From an uncultured Candidatus Saccharibacteria bacterium (GTDB lineage: Bacteria > Patescibacteriota > Minisyncoccia > Phycocordibacterales > PALSA-1337): 61,478 nt of DNA. Both the position numbers and the translations under genes were made by a program. How positions within the stretch are numbered: the stretch's first letter is position 1; the number at the start of each line of letters is the position of its first letter. This document shows positions 54,813 to 61,478 of the stretch, one piece after another. Below the pieces are notes generated by a model. It had not been told where the DNA came from. It worked only from the letters and a program-made list of their open reading frames with translations, and made no database searches. The stretch lies in NCBI GenBank assembly GCA_964467225.1, contig CAYXPQ010000004.1:1-61478 (forward strand), written 5' to 3'.

Positions 54813-54972
54813 TTAAATTTTCACCCTCTATTTTCTTACAAAGAAGAGTAATTCCACAATAATTACATTCTATTACCATTCCCTCTACGATTTTTGGATA
54901 GCGACCAAGATCAATACTATTTTTACATTCTGGACAAATTGATTTCATAACTTTAATTGATTGAAAATACAT
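54784..54972 (-). CDS. Small CxxC...CxxC zinc-ribbon protein resembling the amino-group carrier LysW
   Basis: From the internal ATG at 54948 the protein is 54 aa: MKSICPECKNSIDLGRYPKIVEGMVIECNYCGITLLCKKIEGENLTTEIVDEGK. It has the LysW-like spacing (CPxC..I.L....G..I.C..CG..L) and an acidic tail, but ends EGK rather than the canonical EDWGE. It overlaps the mpl 3' end by 29 nt in convergent orientation. Confidence 0.45.
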   Translation of the reverse strand: MYFQSIKVMKSICPECKNSIDLGRYPKIVEGMVIECNYCGITLLCKKIEGENLTTEIVDEGK

Positions 54973-55024
54973 ACGGTTAATAAAGTATCTTCTAATACTA
55001 CATAAAACGCGTTATTATATCAAT

Positions 55025-55900
55025 ATGATAACAAACCATGAGGAATATCAAAAATTAGCCAAACAATTAGATATCAAATCTTTATACTTCAAGAGAGAAG
55101 ACGAACATCCCTACGGCTCTCACAAAGGTAGATCTATTCCTACAATGATAGATATTTATATGAAAGAAGGTTTTAGTCATTTTGCTATCTCCTCTTCTGG
55201 TAATGCAGCTTTAGCTGCTGTTATGTATATCAAAGAACTTAATTCAAAAAATAAAAGTCAGATATTATTAGATGTTCTTGTTGGAAGACATATTTCATCC
55301 AAGAAATTAGATAAATTAAAAAGATATGAAAATGACTGTATCTCTATTACTATACATGATAGACCAGTTCAAACACTTTTTATAAAAACAAGAGATGAGA
55401 ACATCAAAGCTCTAAGGCAGTCTAATGATGACAATGCTCTAATAGGTTACGAAAGTTTAGCGCAAGAATTAGTGAAGATTCCTAAGCTTGAAGCAATATT
55501 CATTGGTTCCTCTTCTGGTACCACAGCTCAAGCACTTTCTGAATTCTTTATAAAAAAAAATATAAAGATTGAAACACATATTGTTCAAACATCATCATGC
55601 CATCCTATTGCTGATAATTTTATTAAGGATGAAATAATAGATGAACAATCAATAGCAGATGCAATTGTAGATCATACCGCATTAAGGAAAGATACACTTA
55701 CTGAATTAATAATCAAAACCAAAGGCAATGCATGGATAGTTTCAAATGAAGAAATAAAATCAGCACAGGAAATTACTAGTAGATATACGAATCTAGAAAT
55801 TTCCACAAATAGTGCTTTATCTGTAGCAGGATTAATGCAAGCAATATACACTAGCAGAACATGGACTGGCTCAGTAGCTTGTATAATCTGTGGTGATTAA
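55025..55900 (+). CDS. Fold-type II PLP-dependent enzyme (Trp-synthase-beta/threonine-synthase-like), short form
   Basis: 291 aa. REDEHPYGSHKGRS carries a candidate PLP lysine (compare xSFKDR). Further motifs are SSSGNAALAAVMY and GSSSGTTAQAL. Confidence 0.65.
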   Translation: MITNHEEYQKLAKQLDIKSLYFKREDEHPYGSHKGRSIPTMIDIYMKEGFSHFAISSSGNAALAAVMYIKELNSKNKSQILLDVLVGRHISSKKLDKLKRYENDCISITIHDRPVQTLFIKTRDENIKALRQSNDDNALIGYESLAQELVKIPKLEAIFIGSSSGTTAQALSEFFIKKNIKIETHIVQTSSCHPIADNFIKDEIIDEQSIADAIVDHTALRKDTLTELIIKTKGNAWIVSNEEIKSAQEITSRYTNLEISTNSALSVAGLMQAIYTSRTWTGSVACIICGD

Positions 55901-57195
55901 AGATTTCTAACTGCTTTGACAAATCTCTCTCCCCTTTCTTTTCTAGACACATCAACTCCTACAGCATCAAAACCAGGACTAAAAAGAACAATATCACCCT
56001 TGCCTATTAATTCCTTAGATTTTATTACTGCTTGTTCAAGATTAAGAACATGTACACATACTATATCTTCTATATCATTTATTTTATTTCTTATACCAAT
56101 AGTACCACTGCCAGAAATTAATATCACTGCTTTTACATACTGTGATAAGTTCATTATTAAATGATCGTAGTCATGACCAGTATATGCACCACCAAAAATG
56201 AGGACAATATTCTTGTTACTTGAAATAGTTTTGAGAGCACATAGTGTTGAAAGTGGTGAATTGGAACTAGCATCATTATAATAATCCACACCCGCAAATT
56301 TCTTTACAAATTCAATATGCCCTCTTAATCCTAAGAAGTTCTTTACAACATCTTTAGCGATGTCTTTCGAGACTTTAAATAATTCACTAACCTGTAATGC
56401 TAAAGCTGCATTCTCTATCATATGAACTCCTTTATTCTCAATATCCCAATCATTAGGAATCAAACTAGCACGGGTACGTAGAATCTTAGCTCTAGGAGTA
56501 AAATCTATACACTTCTTGAAAGAATCAATTACTCTATCATGTGCAACAATAAAATTATTTTGTGTCTGGTATTCCAAAATATCATAATTAGTAGGTGAGG
56601 TAATAACAGCTACATGTGGACTAATTCTTATACCGTGATACGACTCAGCTATATTCTCAGGGATTCGAGCTAATACAAGATCATTTTTTTTAATTTTCTT
56701 TAGGTGATTTATAGCGCCATTCGTAGAATCAGAATCGATCAGAAAAAGACCTTGATTATCATGAGCCAAAAAAGCCTTTTTTAACATACCATATATCAAG
56801 TGGGTAACCGTGCTTTTGCCAGATATACCAATTATTCCAACAAGAATGATCGGTGGAGCTAATTTAAAGAAAAGTGTATCTGGATACTCAATTTGAATTC
56901 CATTTTCAATAGCTTTTTTCAAAAATGTAGATCGCTTTGATATTTCAGAAGACAATATTATCAAATCATATATCAACAATTCATCATCGAGAATTTTTCC
57001 AAAAGAGAATTTCTCTAAACCACCGACTGATAATGACAATATGTATTTCTTTATCCGTTCTTCACTTCTTATATCGTACAAAGATAATTTAGCCTTATTT
57101 TTTAATAAAAATTTAATATCGGCGATCATTTCACCGTGAAGACCGAGACCAATGATCGCTATCTTTTTATCCTTAAAATAATCCTTGTAATTCAC
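55897..57195 (-). CDS. murD: UDP-N-acetylmuramoylalanine--D-glutamate ligase
   Basis: 432 aa. N-terminal Rossmann KKIAIIGLGLHGEMIA, Mur P-loop GISGKSTVTHLI and a C-terminal domain with LFSPGFDAVG. Confidence 0.8.
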   Translation of the reverse strand: MNYKDYFKDKKIAIIGLGLHGEMIADIKFLLKNKAKLSLYDIRSEERIKKYILSLSVGGLEKFSFGKILDDELLIYDLIILSSEISKRSTFLKKAIENGIQIEYPDTLFFKLAPPIILVGIIGISGKSTVTHLIYGMLKKAFLAHDNQGLFLIDSDSTNGAINHLKKIKKNDLVLARIPENIAESYHGIRISPHVAVITSPTNYDILEYQTQNNFIVAHDRVIDSFKKCIDFTPRAKILRTRASLIPNDWDIENKGVHMIENAALALQVSELFKVSKDIAKDVVKNFLGLRGHIEFVKKFAGVDYYNDASSNSPLSTLCALKTISSNKNIVLIFGGAYTGHDYDHLIMNLSQYVKAVILISGSGTIGIRNKINDIEDIVCVHVLNLEQAVIKSKELIGKGDIVLFSPGFDAVGVDVSRKERGERFVKAVRNL

Positions 57196-57203
57196 GTTTG
57201 CTA

Positions 57204-57497
57204 TTATAGCAAATCTTGCAAAATCTTTTTAACCTTAACTAGTTCTTGTAATAATGCCTGTATTTTTATCATTTCTTCATCAGTTGAATGTTCAAATGAT
57301 GAAAAAATAGACATTTTCCTTAAAAAAAGATTGTATATATCATTAAAATATTTCTCTAAAACTTCTCTACTATGTTCATTTATTTCTGTGTCATAGACAG
57401 TAAATATTTGTAATGGCCTTGATACTCCCTCAAAATATAAATAGTCATCAGATAATATTCCGCTAATTTGTGGTTGCTTAATTGTATAATTTTGCAT
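57204..57497 (-). CDS. Hypothetical protein (97 aa)
   Basis: ORF of native composition packed between radC and murD. No family recognised. Confidence 0.4.
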   Translation of the reverse strand: MQNYTIKQPQISGILSDDYLYFEGVSRPLQIFTVYDTEINEHSREVLEKYFNDIYNLFLRKMSIFSSFEHSTDEEMIKIQALLQELVKVKKILQDLL

Positions 57498-57513
57498 TGT
57501 ATTTAATATTAGA

Positions 57514-58263
57514 TTAATAATTTGCCTTAATACTCATATATGTACTTTTGGTTATAATTATATGATCTAGAACATTTATTCCTAGAATTTTACCTGCTTC
57601 GATTATTTGTTTGGTAACTTCTATATCTTGAGAACTTGGGGTGACAATATTGGAGGGATGATTATGCGCAATAACAACAGCAGCTGCATTATACTCTAAC
57701 GCAGGTCTAAATACTTCTCTAGGATGTATTAAGTTTGAATTAATAGTGCCAATAGATATTACTTCATCATAAATAATTCTATTATGAGTATTAAGATAAA
57801 GCCCTCTTAAATGTTCTTTTGTTAAATTATGCATATCATTAAGATAGTCATATACATCTTTCGCATTTCGTATAATTGATAGTCCGGAGGAATTATTTGA
57901 GTATATCCTCCTCCCTAATTCTCCGCAGGCTATTAATTGACTAGACTTTTGTACTGTAATACCCAATTCTTTTGAAAGCCTATTAACATCATTCTCGGAA
58001 AAGATGCTTTTTTCTCCGTATTCTTTAACTATTCTACTAGCCATCTCTAGAACATCTTCGTCTTGATTGCCTGTATTCCATATTATTGATAATAATTCAG
58101 CCATAGAAAGCATTTCAGGACCAAAATTTATAAGTTTATCTTTTGGTCTAGATCCAGCTGGCAAATCTTTAATTTTTAATACATAATCACGATTACTAGT
58201 ATCAAGGAATAAATCTGTATCCATTAAACTATATAGTTTTGATTTTTCTTTTTTGATTGACAT
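57514..58263 (-). CDS. radC: RadC-like JAB-domain protein
   Basis: JAMM motif VVIAHNHPSNIVTPSSQDIEVTK. I place the start at the ATG at 58263 (MSIKK) because the longer track ORF (to 58296) begins inside the pyk terminator hairpin. Confidence 0.8.
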   Translation of the reverse strand: MSIKKEKSKLYSLMDTDLFLDTSNRDYVLKIKDLPAGSRPKDKLINFGPEMLSMAELLSIIWNTGNQDEDVLEMASRIVKEYGEKSIFSENDVNRLSKELGITVQKSSQLIACGELGRRIYSNNSSGLSIIRNAKDVYDYLNDMHNLTKEHLRGLYLNTHNRIIYDEVISIGTINSNLIHPREVFRPALEYNAAAVVIAHNHPSNIVTPSSQDIEVTKQIIEAGKILGINVLDHIIITKSTYMSIKANY

Positions 58264-58283
58264 TATATAATTATTACTCAAAT

Positions 58284-58309
58284 AAAATATGCCCACAAGG
58301 GCATATTTT
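58284..58309 (-). terminator. Perfect 11-bp hairpin terminator after pyk
   Basis: AAAATATGCCC-ACAA-GGGCATATTTT. The minus-strand RNA continues UUUUAUUUG. Confidence 0.65.
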
Positions 58310-58349
58310 ATGAAATCTTCATGACTTCTTAATAACTTGTGGATAACAA

Positions 58350-59765
58350 CTATATTGTTTCCACCAAAATCATGTTTGTTTCTTGAATTTTACCGAATGG
58401 CATACCCCCAACAATAACAACTTTGTCACCTTTTGTAGCTAGTTTTTGTGCTAATGCAGTCTTTCTTACTACAGTCATAATTTGTTGTACTGTTGTGAAT
58501 CTCTCTACAACAATTGAATGACAACCAAAAGTAAGTGACAGCTTCTGTGCTGTTTGAGGAGTTAAAGTTAAAGCTACCACCATTTCTGCTGGTCTATATC
58601 TAGAAATCATTCTTGCAGTTCTTCCTGATTCTGTTAGGGCAACAAGAAATTTGGCCTCTACCTCATGTGAAGCCAGCACTGCCGACTGAGAAGTTACATC
58701 AGTAACTCCATGTGATTCTTCATATTCATTTATAGTATCTGTTGTAAATACTTCTTTTTCGACTTTAAGAGCAATTCTTGTCATCATTTCAACTGATTCA
58801 ACTGGATAATCACCTAATGTTGTTTCTTCTGATAGCATAATTGCATCTGTTCCATCCATAATTGCATTAGCGACATCTGAAACCTCAGCCCTTGTTGGTA
58901 CGGGACTTTTTATCATAGATTCTAGCATTTGAGTTGCAGTAATAACTGGCTTACCGGCAGCATTACACTTTTGTATTAAAGTCTTTTGCACTAATGGAAC
59001 TTCTTCTGCTGGTATCTCAATGGCAAGATCTCCTCTAGCAACCATAATTGCATCTGAAAGATTTATTATCTCGTCAATATTCTCCAAGGCCTCTGGTGTC
59101 TCAATTTTAGCTATAATAGAAGCTTTTGACTTTGCCTTATCTAGTATTGATCTCAACTCAATAATATCTGCTGGCTTTCTAACGAATGAAAGTGCTATAA
59201 AATCTACTTTATTTTTAATACCAAAATCTAGATCTATTCTGTCCTTCTCTGTAAGAGAACTTATAGAAAGATAAGCCCCTGGAAGATTTACACCCCTTTT
59301 ACTCTTAATCTCACCACCAACAATAACTTTTGTTGTTACTTCATTACCCTTTATATCTGTAATCTGTAGTTTCTTTTTACCGTCATGCAGAAGAACTATT
59401 CCTCCTATCTTAACTTCTTTAGGGAAAAGTGGGTAATTGATTGAAACCCTTTTATCATCTCCCATTATCTTGTCTGTAGTAATTATAAATGTCTGTCCTG
59501 GAACAAGAGTTATAACACCCTTCTCGAATTCTCCTATTCTTATTTTTGGACCACCTAAATCCTGCATAACACCTATAGTCTTACCTGTCTTTTTCATTAC
59601 CTGCTTCAAATTATCGAAACGAGCCTGATGCTCAGCGAAATCTCCATGAGAGAAGTTCAATCTCATAACGTTCATACCGGCATTCACTAAAGCTGTAAGC
59701 TTCTCAACAGTTTCTGTTGCTGGACCTATGGTACACACTATCTTTGTCTTCTTAGCAGGATTCAT
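58350..59765 (-). CDS. pyk: Pyruvate kinase
   Basis: 471 aa. Motifs KTKIVCTIGPAT, MNVMRLNFSHGD, MVARGDLAIEIP. Confidence 0.9.
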   Translation of the reverse strand: MNPAKKTKIVCTIGPATETVEKLTALVNAGMNVMRLNFSHGDFAEHQARFDNLKQVMKKTGKTIGVMQDLGGPKIRIGEFEKGVITLVPGQTFIITTDKIMGDDKRVSINYPLFPKEVKIGGIVLLHDGKKKLQITDIKGNEVTTKVIVGGEIKSKRGVNLPGAYLSISSLTEKDRIDLDFGIKNKVDFIALSFVRKPADIIELRSILDKAKSKASIIAKIETPEALENIDEIINLSDAIMVARGDLAIEIPAEEVPLVQKTLIQKCNAAGKPVITATQMLESMIKSPVPTRAEVSDVANAIMDGTDAIMLSEETTLGDYPVESVEMMTRIALKVEKEVFTTDTINEYEESHGVTDVTSQSAVLASHEVEAKFLVALTESGRTARMISRYRPAEMVVALTLTPQTAQKLSLTFGCHSIVVERFTTVQQIMTVVRKTALAQKLATKGDKVVIVGGMPFGKIQETNMILVETI

Positions 59766-59833
59766 TGTATTTGTTGTTATATATGATTAATATGGAAATC
59801 ATATAGTACTATAAAACACCAGCTAATGCAAAG

Positions 59834-60778
59834 CTATTTTTTAAATGTAGGATACTTATCAGGATCAATATTTCTGTTAAAACAATTTCTACCCACCTCG
59901 TGTTTCCATGAATCATTCTCCATATTTGGATAATATATTTCAGAACTTATAATCCCCCCTCCACCTCTATATCCATAATCTCCTCTACTTTTATTATCCT
60001 GTGTTTCAAGACTGAAATTTGCACATAGACTAAATGATGTATTTGACTTAACAATATATTCATATGGAATTTTCGTTTGTGGATCATTTGGTAAATCAGA
60101 ATAAGATATTGAATCTCTCAAATCATCTAGAGTAACAGGTAATTTCTCTTTAGTCTGCCAATGATTTACGATTTGCCATTGTATATTCTGCAAATCACTA
60201 ACTCTCTGATTATCAAACCTTATGGACCTCTGCTTAGTCGGTGATCCAACAATGATAAATCCGAGAACTATTCCAATTAAAGCGATCAAAATACCAGCAT
60301 ATGACAATACAACTCGTGTTTTATTGTATCTACCGACTTTCTCAAGAATATAATAAGCAAATACAATAGAAGTAATAATCAAAATTACTAAGAATTTATA
60401 AACAAATCTAATAGATATTTCCCCACTAAGATAAGTGTTGATTAGAGAAATTAGATCCCCAGCAATTATTATTCCTCCCAAAAATAAGGTCAAATAGATT
60501 CTCCATCTTCTAATCCATACTTCTGATTTCTCTGGTGCTGATCTTATATCTTTCTTAATTAACCACTCCAGAATATAAAGAATTGGAATTACCACAATAA
60601 GCATAGATACTGGCCAGGCTATGGAAGACGAAAAATAATATCCAGCTAATGCATCAGGAAAATAATAATTGATAACAGTAAAATATAAATTAATTATTGA
60701 TATTATTGCAGTGTATAGAGCTATAGTTGCTCCTAGATGCAAAAAGAAGTCCTTTGGTGTAATTTTTGTTTGATTCAT
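59834..60778 (-). CDS. DUF5671-type polytopic membrane protein with a C-terminal extracytoplasmic domain
   Basis: 314 aa. N-terminal PKDFFLHLGATIALYTAIISIINLYF and 5-6 TM helices. The C-terminal domain has RVSDLQNIQWQIVNHW...LPVTLDDL...LPNDPQTKIPYEY, a pseudopilin-like pattern. Confidence 0.55.
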   Translation of the reverse strand: MNQTKITPKDFFLHLGATIALYTAIISIINLYFTVINYYFPDALAGYYFSSSIAWPVSMLIVVIPILYILEWLIKKDIRSAPEKSEVWIRRWRIYLTLFLGGIIIAGDLISLINTYLSGEISIRFVYKFLVILIITSIVFAYYILEKVGRYNKTRVVLSYAGILIALIGIVLGFIIVGSPTKQRSIRFDNQRVSDLQNIQWQIVNHWQTKEKLPVTLDDLRDSISYSDLPNDPQTKIPYEYIVKSNTSFSLCANFSLETQDNKSRGDYGYRGGGGIISSEIYYPNMENDSWKHEVGRNCFNRNIDPDKYPTFKK

Positions 60779-60787
60779 AATGAATCA

Positions 60788-60796
60788 ATTATACCA
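60788..60796 (-). promoter_or_regulatory. Extended -10 element TGgTATAAT (minus strand), 9 nt upstream of the DUF5671 gene start
   Basis: The plus strand reads ATTATACCA at 60788-60796. The start codon is at 60778-60776. Confidence 0.45.
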
Positions 60797-60843
60797 TAAT
60801 TGACGTCTTGCTTCGCAAGACTAGTGATAACTTAGATATTCTG

Positions 60844-60916
60844 TGCGCGCACTAGGATTCGAACCTAGGACCCCACCAGTATCAGTGGTGTGCTCTACCA
60901 ACTGAGCTATGCGCGC
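60844..60916 (-). tRNA. tRNA-Ile (anticodon GAU), CCA not encoded
   Basis: The minus strand folds by hand as a 73-nt cloverleaf. Segments in order: GCGCGCA, TA, GCTC, AGTTGGTA, GAGC, A, CACCA, CTGATAC, TGGTG, GGGTC, CTAGG, TTCGAAT, CCTAG, TGCGCGC, A. All four stems are perfect, and the anticodon loop CUGAUAC gives GAU. Confidence 0.9.
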
Positions 60917-61245
60917 ATTTATGCTCTCTTAAACCTCATTAAAGGTAAGGAAAATATAGCAGAAATATCTCTAAAATACAATGAGAGATATAGCTATCAA
61001 TCAAATTTAAATATACTAGTTATACTACAAAACAAAACCACCTTTTTGTGGGGTGGCTCTGTAATTTACTATGCTCTATTTTGTTCCGTTCATCCGGTCA
61101 GTTACGCTTAAGCTGTAACCGACCTATGTCCTTTCTCTCGCGGACTGAGTGTTCACATAGAAGTGTAGAACAATGCTTTTGGTTTGTATAACAAACAATC
61201 GACACGGTCAGATAATAATCTAAAAGATTAATATCGAGATTCAAT

Positions 61246-61478
<233 letters not shown>

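Noticed and set aside
58338-58346. A second perfect TGTGGATAA between the pyk stop and its terminator hairpin.
   Set aside because: It is an isolated single box 56 kb from the other one, in a 50-bp spacer between co-oriented genes. There are no other origin features.
60890-61111. A 73-aa plus-strand ORF.
   Set aside because: It overlaps the tRNA-Ile gene and the rRNA spacer on the opposite strand, so it is an artefact.

Overview
This 61.5-kb window comes from a very AT-rich, gene-dense bacterial chromosome (about 30% GC from hand-counted lines). The gene content, a divergent 16S 3' end and a 16S gene not followed by 23S suggest a Patescibacteria/CPR-like organism. That assignment is an inference.

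Layout:
- 1-12.1 kb: a partial surface fibre-like protein, two HTH genes around a 740-bp AT-rich spacer, and housekeeping genes (gatB, obg, AI-2E permease, secG, a family-5 solute-binding protein, RNase J, an MFS transporter).
- 12.1-44.5 kb: a roughly 32-kb glycan-biosynthesis island.
  - An O-antigen-ligase/TPR protein and a 2-hydroxyacid dehydrogenase.
  - A single-gene island of about 50% GC.
  - A neuC/neuB/neuA-like nonulosonic-acid operon with a cupin.
  - Two paralogous Zn-ribbon methyltransferases, three paralogous TagB/TagF-like GT-B proteins, a formyltransferase and an unknown 383-aa enzyme.
  - GT9, a Wzx-like flippase, two GT-C enzymes, two more methyltransferases and GT2.
  - DUF218, GtrA, five GT4 genes and two oxidoreductases.
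- 44.5-48.9 kb: a soluble VirD4/TraD-like P-loop ATPase heading the GT4 operon. It is followed by a 0.8-kb GC-rich patch with two tiny ORFs that each end in near-identical GC-rich terminators, then a DUF4015-type hydrolase and orphan genes.
- 48.9-57.2 kb: rsmI and a non-canonical cell-wall cluster. It holds an ATP-grasp protein, an NlpC/P60-like protein, mraY, an Ate/Bpt-like aminoacyl-tRNA transferase homolog, an Mpl-like ligase, a LysW-like zinc ribbon, a PLP enzyme and murD.
- 57.2-61.5 kb: radC, pyk, a DUF5671 membrane protein, tRNA-Ile(GAU) and the 3' end of 16S rRNA.

The observations most worth following up:
- The 16S tail lacks the CCUCC anti-Shine-Dalgarno core, and -10 boxes sit directly in front of start codons.
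- The paralog-rich module attached to the nonulosonic-acid genes.
- The aminoacyl-tRNA-transferase, ATP-grasp and LysW-like genes embedded in the mur cluster.
- The mid-GC foreign-looking patches.

I saw no CRISPR array, transposase or integrase. All functional calls rest on motif recognition by eye, not on database searches.
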